Source: Balamuthia mandrillaris
Taxonomy: Eukaryota
Reading direction: 5' to 3'
DNA: 64,000 bases
Assembly: GCA_031835245.2 (NCBI GenBank)
Contig: JAVKOQ020000073.1
Coordinates: forward strand, 62,001 to 126,000
Each line of letters starts with the position of its first letter. The stretch's first letter is position 1. Position numbers and translations under genes: made by a program. Under the pieces are notes generated by a model. That model saw only the letters and a program-made list of their open reading frames with translations. It was not told the DNA's origin and did not search any database. Positions 22,816-36,014 of the stretch are shown in pieces.

Positions 22816-25800
22816 TTCTGATACACCAGGCCCACAAAACTAACGATGGATAATATAGCACCCATTCCTCCTACAAGCTACCGTACAACGGCCACAGAGC
22901 ATTCTTTCAGGCCTCATCAAAACAGTATTAGAATGCCGTGCCAAGCGTAGCTCCAAAGAGCTAGCTTCTGACAATCCAATACAACTCCTTTCAGACCCAT
23001 TGGGGCTGCAAGTACCTTGCACGCTGTCCTGGGAGCAGGAGGAGCAGCAGACTGAAAACCTACAGCTGCAACACATCATGGTACCTGCTGATAATCAGGT
23101 TGTCAAGACGCGACGCAGCCGAGCACCGACGTTACATCATCATATTGTACCACCCACAGAACAAGCTATCTCTGAGGAGGGTTCTGCAGCTCTTGTTGAT
23201 AGTGGAAAGAAGACACAACAAGGACGGAACGGAGTTCCGCTTACTCTACCAATGATAGATCGCTGTGCATCTGAGGCGATGACAAAGACACGGCAACATC
23301 CAGAACAACTGAAACAAAAACAACAGATAGAAGAACAAAAGGATCAGGATGACGAGGAAGGAGTACGCTCTTCCGAAGATGAAGCTTTCTACCCTGGAGC
23401 AGTATTCCCATTGGAATCAGATGACCTAAGGATAAAGGGAGCAGTGCAAGGCCCCTTCAAAGATGAAGTTAAACGACAAGACCACTATGGCAGAGAGCAA
23501 GCAACAGAGAAAGCAAAGGAAAGAGAGGCAGAAAAAGAGCGAGGAAGGGAGAAAGCGAGAAGTGTGATACTTACTGAAATCGTCGATGAGGGGGCAGATG
23601 CAGAGGACGAACACGAAAGTGAAGATGAACCAAGAGGTACTCCTTTGAAAAACACAATATTAACGCCACGTTCAAACTCGTCCCATAACAGCCACATCAA
23701 CGGTAGTGACGCTATACTCTCCAACGGTCATCCTCCTCCAGCTGCAATTAACCATGAAGAAGAAAGCTATCCACAGAAGTTGAATAGCAACAAGGAACCA
23801 AAGACAACCACTGCTCCTCCTTTGCACGCCGATTTTAGAGGATTCCCGAGTCCATCTCCAAACCACAGCGCCAAGTTTAAGGCGCATTGCTTGGCGTTAA
23901 TATCAGTAAAAGACAACTCTGGAGTCATGCAAAAGAAGGTCTGGAGCGGAGGCTATGATGGTGCTATTCGAGTATTTGACATGAATGTGAGCCCTTCTCT
24001 TTCTTCTTTCTTCTTTCCTCTAACTAGTCATGCTCACAGTGCTAAACGTGTTCTCTGATAGGACCTTTTGTTTGAGAAAGAAATCAAGATGTCGTTTTCT
24101 TCTATAGAGAAAGGGAACGAAGTGGAAGAGGTAAAGGCAGAGATTGTGCGTAGTAGTACGTTTCCAATAGCGTCAACAAGAGTGAACAGCATTCTTCAAG
24201 TTGGTAATACTGTTTGGACTGCGTGCAACCACCTGTCTGCGATCCTCGTTTGGAGTGCTTCGGTTTGTATTGTTGTCTCCACTCAACGAGAAAGAGGGGA
24301 CACTTACGGTGGCTTAAAAATAATAGGATTACTCTGCGGTGGCACGGTTGGGAAACCATCGCAATGGTATCTCTCATCTAACGAAGATGGCAAGAGCGCA
24401 TAACCATACCGTTGTCCTCTGTGGTGGCCGTGATGGCAACATCTCCATTTGGAATGGAGATAAGGTTTGTACGTCTCAGATCAGTTAAAAGTTGTTAACC
24501 TCGATATCAACATTGCAGATGGCGTTATTGAAAGTGATCAATGTGAGTGCTCCTGTAATTTGTATTTTCTGTCAGGATAACCAAAGAGTGTGGGTTGGGG
24601 CCGAGCATCGGCGTAGCAATCTTCTGATTCTGGATATGGACTCGGTGGAAGAGATAGATGAAGACTTTAATGTGGATGACCCTACCATCGCAAAGGAAGA
24701 AGAGGAAAGAGACAGGAAAGACGGGAATGGAAAGCACAAGATGAAAGTATCAGCAAAGAGCCCAAGCACAGAACGGAAAGGGAAGAAGAAAGCAAACGAT
24801 AGCAAACACAAAAAAGAGAAGAGTCCACCACGCAAAACTTTAAAAGATATCCAAACATTGCCATCGTCGGATTCTATGCAATTGTTAGCAACAGATAATG
24901 GGAACAGGAGAGCGCGAAGGCCTTCCATAACGAGGATGGAACTAAGACAACACACCAGACCGGTGAAAGACATCATAAAGACGCCTTTTGGGCAGGTTTG
25001 GACGGCCTCCGACGACGGCTACATTTGCATTTGGGAGGTTGACGTGCCAAAGGCCAACCAGCCTCCGGTTTTGCATCTGCGCCTCAACCTTCACGCAGCC
25101 GTCAAGTCCCTTCTGTTGGTGGACGATCACATTTGGGCGTGTACCGCTCCTGCTGTAGTTATATGGAACGCAAAGGTCCATTCCTTCTGCTGATCTCACT
25201 TTATTGTTTTGGTTAAGTTTACCCTGTAAAACACAGACATTGGAAGTAGTGGGCGAGGTAGACACGAGAACGACGCACAAAGACCTTGTGAGACATCTCT
25301 TACGAGCCGATACTGCAACCATTTGGGGTGCGTCGCTCGATGAAGAGCTGCCATTGTGCATTTGGGAATTGCGACATCGTTCCTCTTTCTCGGATGTTAA
25401 CCACGCCGATGTAGCGAGCAACAACAACAACACTAACGCCAACCACAACAATCGCCATAACGGCAACTACAAAATTACTGAAACAAAGGAAGCGGAGCAA
25501 GGCAGGATCAGGCGGCCTCGCTTTGGAAGTCATCCAGAGTTATCACAAGCACGAGGCTCGTGCTCGTCCGGTTTTCCACCACGAAGATCCCATTCGCAAG
25601 CAACGGTGGCCTCTAGCAATGATCTAGTGATATGTTCCTCTTGTTCTTCCCCCATCGGTGCTCCTTCGTCCTCTTTCGCGCGAGTTCAGCCCATTGACAT
25701 GGGGCAGGCTGCAATACCTACTCCTGGGGAAGAGAAAGCAAGTAACAAACGGACAAAGAAGACTCCGAGAAGTGGGGGCGGGGAACGAGGGAAGAAAAAA

Positions 25801-26229
25801 GCATCTCAAGAGAGCCCCCGCGTCAAATCCGCTCGCAAGGCTACAAATACAGCACCAACCACGATGGCAACTGCGAAGACGGTTTTTGAGGAACAACAGG
25901 CGGAGCCCGAAGAAGCATTGCGACTGCTGGTGCGTTGCCCACAAATCGAAGCATTTGGAGATGACTTTATGGAAGTGATGCTGGAACGGAGGACCATCGC
26001 TGAGCTGAGGAGAGTTGTGGCTGAGGACTTTGGGGTTGCTGCAGAGAGCATCAAGCGGTTGCGAAAGCTACCAGATATTCTGGTGTGCAGGGACAAGCAC
26101 GTCGCCGCTCTTCGTGCCGATGCACGTCTGGAGCTTCTGCTTCACGCTGGCTCTCCGCAGAGCCCATTGATGAGCCCAACCTTTCCCTCTCTTCCTTCAG
26201 CCTTTGGATCCAAAGACTTGTTGTTATGA
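19676..26229 (+). CDS. CRIB-containing STE20/PAK-type Ser/Thr kinase fused to a WD40-like beta-propeller and an ANKRD40-C-like domain, multi-exon
   Basis: CRIB IISAPSNVRHKIHV. Kinase motifs LGHG|AFGKVYK, ALK, IMMEFC, IIHR|DLKAGN, DFG, GTPLFMSPE and DIWSLG are present. Propeller blades include VWSGGYDGAIRVFD, CGGRDGNISIWN and VWTASDDGYICIWE. The frame is maintained across the predicted introns to the stop at 26229. Confidence 0.85.
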
Positions 26230-26351
26230 TAAAAACGAATGCCACAAATAAAATAACAAAGTCTTTCACTTGATTTTTTGTTTGTGAATGTATACATGGA
26301 GGTCCCATATAAGGTGTTTCCAAGTGCACTTGCCAAAGCCAGAAGAGAGTC

Positions 26352-29300
26352 TTAAGAAGGATTGGAGGCGTAGAAGGTGAGCAAAGCAGCCAGGCTGGCG
26401 GAAACGGCAGCCACCCCGAAAGAACTCAACAAGGATTTCGCTCTCGTGACAGGGTTTGTGACAGGGTGGTTCATTGTAAGCGCCGCCAGAGATAACTGTG
26501 GTGCTGCTTCTCGCCGTTCCTTTTCATCTTTTTCTTCCTTCTCTTCCTCCTCTTCCTCCTCTTCCTCTTCTTCGTCGGCTACAGCAGGGTGAGACGCGGT
26601 AATCTCCTTATCATCTTTTTCTTTCCTTTTCATGGTTTGTTCCTCTCCTGCTCTATCCTTTTCTTTTGCTTCCTTAGTCTTTTCTGTTTCACCTTCCACT
26701 TCGGTCACCGTTTCTTCTTTGTATATTGGTTTCTCACATCTTCCTTCTGTTGAATGACTTTCAACTATTGCTTCTCCAGATTGCTTACTTTCTTCTACCT
26801 GTGTCTTTTCTACAACGCGTTGATCTTCACTATTCTCTTTCTCCTCTTCACGACTTGTCGTTCTCTTGTCTTCGTGTTGTGCGTTCTTCACTGTAGGACC
26901 TTCCTCTTTATGTCCTCTATTCTCTTCATGAAGAGTTAATGGCGTCGTTGAGGCAACATTCTCCAATTCTTCTTCCTGCTGTTGTTCCGCAACTTCAACA
27001 TAATCGAGCGATGAGGCAAACGGCCAATATAGAAGCACACTTTCCGCTTCTTGCTTCAAATACTTGTTGAGCTCTCTCATCTCTTTTCTTGCCTTCTTTT
27101 CCGCTTTCTCCTCTTCCGTTCTCTTCTTTTTAGGAGCACCGTGTTTCGATTTGCCTTTGGGTTGATGATGTTCATGTTTGGTTGCTTTTGTTGCTGTGGT
27201 CGACTTAGTTTTGGTTTTGTGTTCTTCTTCCACTTCTGTTTCTTCTTGTTTTTGTTCTTGATTCCGTTGTCCACGAGGAGAAAAGTATTTGTTGAGAAGA
27301 TCTTGTGCGCTTTGCGTCTCTTCTGCTTTTGTATCATGAAGTTTGGCTTTACTCTTGTTCGTTTGTTTTTTCTTTGCTTTTCCTTCCTTTTCTTCTTCGT
27401 TATCTTCCTCCTCCTCCTCATCATCATCAATGTTCCATTCACTAGTACTGCTGGTAATGGCTGCCAATTGTTCTATCCTCAACTTGTTGCTGTGGATAAG
27501 CTGTTCTGATGCTCTTTCCGTCTTTATGGTGTTGTTTGAAAACCGAACACTGTCGTAGTTGTACATATGAGAGTTGGCAACGACCACCGCTTCATTTTCT
27601 TCGGAAAATATGACCATCGTTTCTTCCTCTTCTGCTTCTGGTTCTTCATGTTTCTTCTTTTCCTTTTTCTCTTCCTTCTTTCTCGTCGCCGGTATTTCAG
27701 AAGAAGCCAAAGATGACTTGGCGGGCGTTGACGAACGAGGAGAAACTTTTTCGAAAGTGCCGCTTTTGTCTTTCTCTTTCTTTCCAACGAAATGAATAAT
27801 GGAAAATCCTCTTTTTCTATCTCCTGAAGAAGAAGGAGAAGATGAAGAAGGAGGGGACGAAAATTCTGAAGTATTTGACTTGTCTTGTTGGGCTCCATGC
27901 GCTGTTTTCCTCCTTCGCTTCAGCAGCATCAACAAATGAAGATCATCTTCTGTTTTACTGCGAAGATGACGTCCTTTGTGGTTATTATTGTTGGGATTGG
28001 GGTTGTGAATGCGATAAACATGTGGTCCTGGAGAACCTTTTCTTTTTCTGTCGTCCGTTGAGGAAGAAGAAGCAGAAGCGGAGGAGGCAGAAGCCGAAGC
28101 AATGGGAGAAGTAGGCTGCACAGAAGAACGAGGAGACGAACGAGAGGTAGAAGATGTTAATGATGATGAAGAAGAAGGTGATAATTCTGATGATGACAAC
28201 GTTACATCAGAATGGGAGGAATTGGAGGAAGTAAGTTGAGGGTCGACGAGAAGACGGTGCTTTCTTCTGCTGACAAGCAACGAAGAGGCGTCCAAATCAT
28301 CTTTGGATGCTGTTCGCATCAACAACTTCTTTTTCTTCTTTCTGCTTATGGAAGATCCCCCTCGAGGTGAGGATGAAGCAGAGGAAGGATTCGAATAAGA
28401 AGGAATGGTAGAAGAAGAGGAAGAAGACGTGAGAAGTGACTCTGAGGAGGCATCCGTGGAAGAAGACAGAGATAAAGAGGTAGAAGAAACAGAAGAGGAG
28501 GAGGTGATTAAAGACGGAAAAGAAGCAGAAGAAACAACAGAAGACGAGGAAGAAGTAGATAACGAGAAGGATGCAGATGAAGTAGAAGTCAAAGTACTGC
28601 CTCTTCGTCGTTGTTTCTTGCTCGGTATGCGAGTAGGTTGATCATCTCCGCTGGTAGATAGCTTCTTTTTGGGTTTCGCTTCATCATCTCCTTGCTCTTC
28701 GGTTTGGGTGTAAGGACCAAAGTCTGGAAGAGTAGTTGAATAGGTCTTTGCTCTGGACTTGCTGAATAGGGCTCTTGTCTTTGCCTTAGACTTGCCGTTT
28801 GCTTTGCTCTCTTCTTCCTCTTCTGTTTTCATGATGTGAGAAATCAGCATATAAAGATTAACGAATATGGGCATAACAACAACTAAGAATGAAGAACAAA
28901 TGGTGACGGACCATCATCAACATAAGGGCGAGCAGTAAAAGCATGACTGCTTGCATAAACGCCACTAGAGGCTCCACTGGACTTTGCAAGTCCAAACTTG
29001 GCTCTTGGCGACAGCAACGCATTCATTTTCGATTTCAACGATGACTTTTCCTCGTCTTCCTCTTCCTCTTCTTCCTGATCCAACAGCAACAGTCCGCTTA
29101 GGTTCAAGCTGAACGGATTCTTTTCTTTCGTCTTTTCTTTGGCTTTCTCCTTTTTGCTTTTCTTAAGCTTTGACTTTGCAGCTATCGCTGCCATCGCCTT
29201 TCTCTTCTTCTCCCTCTTTTCCTCCTTCCTCTTTTCCTCTTTCTCCTTCTTTCTCTTTTTCTTGCTGCTGTCTTCTTCGTTTTGTAATTGTTGTGGCTGT

Positions 29301-31241
29301 TGCAGATGTGGTGGAATGAGTTGTTTTTGTTGCATATGACGACAGACCTCCATTAGTTTCTCCATTTGTCTTTGTCTCTGTTCTTCGATGCGTTGAAGCT
29401 TTTCTTGTTCTTCCAGTTGCTTCCTCCAACGTTGACGAACTTCTTCTAGCCGTTGAAGCTCTTCCGGTGTCAAAGGAGGTCTGTGACTTAGTTTTCTGAC
29501 TTTCGTTGTTTGTTCACTAGCTTCTTCTTTGTCTCTTTCTTCGTTCTTACTAGTTGTCTCCTCTGCGACTACCGCAGCTTCTTCTTTCTCTTCGTTCATG
29601 CTTTCTATTTGCTGTTGTTGTTCATCATCGTGGTCGTCGTCGCGTTCATGCCCCTTTTCTTCTTCATTTAATCGTTCAACAAGTTCATTTTCGTGTTCTT
29701 CCTCTCCTTCTGCGTCTTCTTCTTGTTCTTCCTCTCTTGTAGCTTCTTTTTCCCCTTCTTCGTGCTTGTGAGGTACTGCTTCTACTTCTGGAGCTTCTGT
29801 TTGTTCCTTAATAATGATGCCATGTCGTTCGTCTTCAATAGTAGCTATCAGTTCGTTTTCTTCAAAGTCTTCTCCTTGTTGCACTTCTTGCGTTGTTGTT
29901 TTGCTTTCTTCTTGTTCCACCGCTCTTCTTTCTTCTTGTTCGTGTTCGTCTCTTTCTTCTTCTTCTTCTTCTTCTTCTTCTTCTTCTTCTACTTCTCCTC
30001 CTTTTTCTTGCTCTTGCTCTTGCTCTTGCTCTTGCTCTTGCTCTTGCTCTTGCTCTTGCTCTTGCTCTTGCTCTTGCTCTTGCTCTTGCTCTTGCTCTTG
30101 CTCTTGTCTCTGTTTGCTCTTGCTCTTGCTCTTGCTCTTGCTCTTGCTCTTGCTCTTGCTCTTGCTCTTGCTCTTGCTCTTGCTCTTGCTCTTGCTCTTC
30201 CTTTTGCTCTTCCTCTTGCTCTACCTCTTGCTCTTCCCCTTGGTCCTCTTGCGGTTGTTCTTGCTCTTGGTCCTCTTGCTCTTGCTTCTGTTGTTTCTCT
30301 TCCTTTTCCTCTTCCTCTTCCTCTTGTAGCTTCTCTTCCTCTTCCTCTTGCTCTTGTTGTTTCTCTTCTGCTTGTTGTTGTTCTTGTTGTTGTTCTTGTT
30401 CTTGTTGTTGTTGTTCTTGTCCTTGTCCTTCTTGTTCTTGTTGTTCTTGTTCTTGTTCTTGTTGTTCTTGTTCTTGTTCTTGTTCTTGTTCTTGTTCTTG
30501 TTCTTGTTCTTGTTCTTGTTCTTGTTCTTCTTTGTGTTGTTGCTCTTCTTGTTTTTCTTCCTCTTCTTTTTGTACTTCTTCTCCTCTTCCTTCTTCTTGC
30601 TCTCGTTCCATTTGTCCTCTTCCTTGGCCGTTTTCTTCTCCTTCTTCATCTGTACATATTTGTTGCGGCTCTGGTTCTGACACTGTTTCTTCTTTCTCAT
30701 GTTCTACTGCTTCTACCTTGTGGTCCAGTTCTTGTGTTTCGTTTTCCTTCTCTTCCTTCTCCTCCTTCTGTTCCTCCTCTTGTGTCTCTGACAGTTTCTT
30801 CTGTTCCTCCTCTCCTATCCGCGGTCCCTCTTGCCGTTCCTCCGTGCCTTCGTCGCCACTTCTATTATTCTCACTTTCTAGCACCATGAAGCCCTTTCCC
30901 TCTTCTGTGGCTTCTTCTTGCTGTTGTGGTCGGTCCTCTTCTGGAAGTTCCATCTCTTCTTTTTGTCTTCGTTCCTGGGCTCCAAGTTCTTCTTCCTCCA
31001 TCTGCCCTTCTCGTTCTGGCTCTTGTTTTTGTTCTTGTTCTTCCTCTTGTTTTTCTTCGTCCTCTTCTTCTTCTCCTCCTCCTCCTCCTGTTGTTTTTTC
31101 TTCAACAATTCTAATGCGGTCAAACATTTCCTCCGCGTCGTCGGTCTCGTTGACTACTGCTCCTCCCTCTTCTTCTTCCGTCGCGGCCTCCTCCCCCACA
31201 AGGGCGCCATTTTCCATTTCTTCTTCTTCTCCTCGTTCCAT
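26352..31241 (-). CDS. Very large acidic/Ser-rich low-complexity protein with C-terminal hydrophobic anchor; apparent 1-nt frameshift near 30107
   Basis: Three consecutive ORFs are joined by one frameshift inside the (GAGCAA)n repeat and one intron (~28909-28825). The protein ends SLLSSFGVAAVSASLAALLTFYASNPS*. Confidence 0.6.
30006..30545. repeat. Coding microsatellite (TTGCTC)n/(TTGTTC)n encoding (EQ)n
   Basis: Directly visible hexanucleotide runs. Confidence 0.9.
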
Positions 31242-31620
31242 GGGGCTGGGTGCTGCAGGTTTCTATGAATTGGTACAGAAAAATTGCGTTACGGGTTACA
31301 CCGGCTTCTCCTCTTCTCTTTCTTTCTCCTTTATATTTTCCTTTTCGTATTTTTATTTCGGGTGGGGCGTTGTCATGTCGTCGTGAGTAATTTATTGACA
31401 TGACGTAAGCAGATCGGAGATTGATGATTCAAAACACAAATCAAAAATCAAAAATGGATGGTCTTATAATCTTTGCCCGGCCTTGGCATCCAAGCTCTCG
31501 TCCTCTCCTCTGTTCGGTATGCTCACTTCTCTCTCTCTTTTTAAAACTCTGCTTTACTCAAAGACACACCCGCATACAGACGCAGACTAAACATGAATTA
31601 ATACCAGCTAGGCGGTGGTG

Positions 31621-32710
31621 TTAACAGGTTGATAACACTTCAATGATGAAGGCATTCGCCAAGTTGATGAGATCCTCGTCTTGTCCAGCGGCCAAGGAGA
31701 ATGGCTGGCGTTCTTCCATACGCTGCTTCTTGTGGGGCAATATGCAAGCGCGTTTCCTCAGAGCCCTTCTCCATCCAAAACGATTTCTGTGGAATTGTCG
31801 CTTCCTCTGGCACTGCTGCGAATCGATGGAGGTCGCTCTGGAAGTGAGGTTAGGAGGGAGGTCTTGCGGGTCATCTCCTGCTTCTGAAGGTACTGAGTCG
31901 TCCTCGATTTCTAGATGCTTTAGATTGGCAGGGATATCATAGGTGATACGTGATGATATCCAGAACCTGCGTTCTCTGCCACCGGAATGAAGAGAAAGCA
32001 TAAAAATGTCATCCTCACTGGGGCAGCATTGCACGGCCATCATTCGGCATCTGGGTACAGCTTCTGTTGGCAGTGGTTCCTCACCTCCTGCCAAATGCAG
32101 CCGCTGGGAATCCGGTTTAGGAGGTAGAGCAATGATTGAGAGTTTGGAAGTCATGTGGCGCAATTCCTGCGAATTGGTCGGCGTTAACCACAGAGGAAAA
32201 GCCATAACGTGTTGACTAAAACAAAAAATGAACTAGCATACTGAGATAAGTCCGTACCATAAGATATCTCGCTCTGGTGGGGCAGTAATAATGTTATCCG
32301 TGTTTTTCTTTGTTAAAAAAAATAGAATAATAAAAAGAAAACCAAAGCGCGTGAAGAGATGCATGAAGTAACGGCCAGTTTGCGCGCCAAAAGGGCGTTG
32401 TACCAAGGAAACCCTCATACACGGAAATCTCCGCACGGCAATCATTGGAGAATTTTCTCCACGGAGTTTCAACCTTTCGTCTCGTCGATATACAACTCCA
32501 ACCATCGTATCTCTCCCGGCCAAGAGAGCAATCTGGGGAAACAGATGGTAAAATGGACAAAACGGAGGTATCGAAGATTGCCAGGGTTACCATTCCGGAG
32601 GATTGGTGGGAACGCTCAGGTGGGGAGATTTGTAGATTGCCGATGAGGTTGCGTCCGTCCCCGGCTTGACCTTTGTTGAACATACTTTTGCTATCTGAAG
32701 CGATGTTCAT
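31621..32710 (-). CDS. Hypothetical protein, multi-exon (exon structure uncertain)
   Basis: Complex-sequence ORFs (31621-32205, 32233-32523 and upstream MNIASDSK...) separated by T-rich intron-like gaps. No family recognised. Confidence 0.45.
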
Positions 32711-32979
32711 ACCCTGATACAGCACAGCGGAGGGAAAAACACCAACCCAAGAGGCTACCAACTCGGAGAACGGTGAACGCTTCTTGAGTCTCACGTCGCT
32801 GGAATAACAATTTCGAAAAAATCCGAATAAACGCAAAATGACGGAAAAAAATCGAAGAAAACGAAAACTATCCACAATACTAACACAAATTAGGAGAAAA
32901 AATGAACATTATCGTTAATAATTGTTAACATCTGAGAGATGAAAGAATAGACAAAAAGAAAAGAAAAGAAAGCGAAAGT

Positions 32980-33642
32980 ATGGAAGCTTCCTCTTCCTCT
33001 TCTTCTTCTTCTTGCCTAGCCGCCGCCGTCCTTTCTGCCAGGACAAGCAAAAAAGTAGAACAGCCAGAGTTTCAGGGCAAGTACTTCCCTCCCGTCTACG
33101 TCGCTCCGGAGGGGCAGGCGTTTCCGCCGCTCGAGCACGCCGGCCGGCCGCTGCGCAAATCGCAGGTCGATGGGCTGCAGGAGGACAACGTCTTCCTCAT
33201 CGACGACGTGCTCTCTCCCGCCGAGTGCCGAGCCCTCATAGAGCGTGGGGAGGGCAACGGCTTCGAGCCGGCCACCGTGTGGTCCGTCGAGCACGAGGAC
33301 AACGTTGTGCGAAAGGACGTCCGAGACAACCAGCGGGTCTTGGAGAAGTTCCCTGCCTTGTCGGAAGCGCTTTGGAAGTTGGTGGCACCGCTGTTGCCTC
33401 CTGTTGTTGGTTCGTCCTGTGGAAGCACCTCCCTTTTTTGCGTCCTCTCTCTCAGACTGCTCACCTCACCTCGCTTTCTGCCGTGCTAAGCAGAAGGAAG
33501 AACGGCCGTCGGACTCTTTCCTCTATTCCGGGTACCGACCCTTTCTCTCTTTGGCTTCATTTACACACGTCTTCTCTCGTTCTTCCTTTCTCTTGTTCTC
33601 TTCTCTGCTTCTCTCGTTCTTTTGTTCGCTATTCTCACTTCT

Positions 33643-33675
<33 letters not shown>

Positions 33676-34083
33676 TCGAAACAGTTCTACAAGTATGAAA
33701 AGGGCCAAAACTTTGCACCGCACGTGGATTCTGTGGTCTACCCGGAGCCAGAAGAAGGGAAAGAGGACCTCCCGCCGCAACAACAGAGCCACTTCACATT
33801 CATACTTTACCTCAACGACGACTTTGAAGGCGGCGCCACTCGTTTTCCTCAACTTTCTTGTTCTTCTTCTTCTTCTTCTTCTTCTTCTTCTTCTTCTTCT
33901 TCAACAACAACACAGACAGAAAAAACAAGCGAAGGAGTAGATATCAAACCCAAAACAGGAAGAGCGTTGGTCTTTCGTCACGAGAACTTGCATCAAGGCA
34001 TGGCCGTTCTACAGGGCATCAAGTACCTCGTTCGCACCGACGTCATGTATTCTGTGTCTTCTCTCTCTTCTTCGACACAATGA
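32980..34083 (+). CDS. 2OG-Fe(II) oxygenase, prolyl 4-hydroxylase-like
   Basis: FLIDDVLSPAECRALI, FYKYEKGQNFAPHVD (HxD), FTFILYLNDDFEGGATRF, LHQG and KYLVRTDV. Confidence 0.9.
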
Positions 34084-34166
34084 CAAAGAAAGAACAAGAT
34101 AAAGATGCAACTGCGTTTTGTTTCTTTTCTATGGAACAGAAATGAAGTTTAGCAAACTCGGGCTGA

Positions 34167-34677
34167 CTACAGATAGATAGAAGAGTAATCAGAGGAATTG
34201 TAGTAAGGCCTGGAGCCTCTGCCACCAGCCGCCCTTCCTCCCCCTCTTCCTCCAGTACTTCTTCCTCCTCCTCGTCCTCCAGCTCTTCTCCCATTCGTTC
34301 CTCCTGTTGATCCCGAAAGATTGTTACTCGAGTTGGACCTTCGAAGAGTGGAAGAGGAAGAAGTCAAGCTGTCTCTTCGTTTGGCTCTGTTGGTGAGGTT
34401 CTTCAAGTTCTTGTCGATGAGGTCGTGAAGGAGCGAGTACATGTTGCTAAAGTCACGAATCCATCGCTCCATCGACATGCGTTGCTCCTCGTCCATGCGG
34501 GGCAGCGCTCGCTCAAAGTCCTCCACGGCGGGATGCCTTTGCTCGTGCTCGATGAGCAAGGCGCGGTGCACCAGGAAGCCTTGAAGCGTGCTGAGGATGA
34601 TTTGGCCGGACATGGTTACCACTTCCATCTCTGATACTATTTCCAGCTGTTTTTTTTTTAAATATTTGTGTGTGAAT

Positions 34678-34758
<81 letters not shown>

Positions 34759-34783
34759 AGAGAAAGAGAATGAAAAAGAGAAT

Positions 34784-34828
<45 letters not shown>

Positions 34829-35948
34829 AAGAAAAGAATACTAACCTGTACAGCGGATTCAAAGTTTTGAGCATGGCTGACGGGCGCGATGTTGAAGCAG
34901 ACCCACGTCCGAACGGTGCTCACCATCTCCATCAGCTCCACCACTTCACGCTTCAGCAGCGCCACCAGCTCCAACGTTCGGTCGTTGGAAGGATGAAGCG
35001 CCACTGCTTCCTCTCCCCTCTTGTTTTCTTTTTCTTTCTCCTTTTCTTCTTCTTCTTCTTCTTCTTCTTCTTCTTCTTCTTCTTCTTCTTCTTCTTCTTC
35101 TTCTTCTTCTTCTTCTTCTTCTTCTGCTTTTCTTGATTGTGAGGGAAGAACGTGTTTCTCTTCCGCAGCTCTCTCTTTGATGAATTGCTGAAACGTTGAT
35201 ATACAAAGCGTGAGCTTGGGAGCAGTAAAGAAGAAAGAAGAAAGAAGAGAGCAAAGCAGCAAAGAAGAAAGAAGAATGAAGAAGCAAAATAGAGAAGAGA
35301 AGAGAAGCAGGCAAGAAGGAAAGAGAAAGAAAGGAGCAAAGAAGCGAAAGACAGTTAAACCTTCCACAACAAGTCCAAACGCAGCATCTTTTGTGGCATT
35401 CGCGTGTGAATAATGTCCAGCGTGTCTTTGGTCATCTGGTGGCGCAGGTCGCTGAGGTGACGGGCCTCCGGAGTGTTGGCCGACTCTTCCACGATGCGCA
35501 CCAGACGCAACCTCTCCTCCTCATAGCTTGCCTCCTCCTCTTTCGCTTTCTCCTCCGCTGCTTGGCTCTGCTGCTTCTTTGGCTTTCTCTGCTTCTTCTT
35601 TTTCTTCTTATTCTTCGGGGTTTGCTGTTGATCCGCTTTGTCCTCCGAGGTTTGTGGTGGTTGGTGTCCTCCTTTCGGCTTTTGCTCCGTTTTGTGGTGA
35701 CCCTTGTGGTTGGCTCCTTCTTGCTCTTGTTTATTCTTGCTGTTCTCTTGGGCTGCGGCGGCCTCCTCCCCAGCAATCCTTGCCCTCTTGTTTTGTTTGG
35801 CCTCCGAATTATTATTATTATTTTTACTTTTCACTGCGGCGGAAGCTCCTTTTTTCTTTCCTTTTGTCTGAGCTTTATGCTGGTCAGCAGTCGAAGCCTT
35901 GTTGCCTTCCGTCTCGCTCGGTTCCCTCTTTCTTTTGTTGCTACTCAT
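34167..35948 (-). CDS. Divergent proteasome activator PA28/REG (PSME3-like); exons 35948-35361, 35187-34846, 34646-34167 (469 aa)
   Basis: PA28-like segments RMPQKMLRLD, VELMEMVSTVRTWVCFNI, HPAVEDFERAL and YSLLHDLIDKNLKNL. A poly-E homolog-specific insert is present. Confidence 0.8.
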
Positions 35949-36014
35949 CTCTCTTCTTTTCTTCTCTTCTTCGTTGCTCTATTTATTGTAGACAGTTTCG
36001 GAGATCCTAATATT

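Noticed and set aside
29693..31386. Long plus-strand ORFs of poly-L, poly-SC and poly-LA
   Set aside because: They are antisense shadows of the (EQ)n coding microsatellite.
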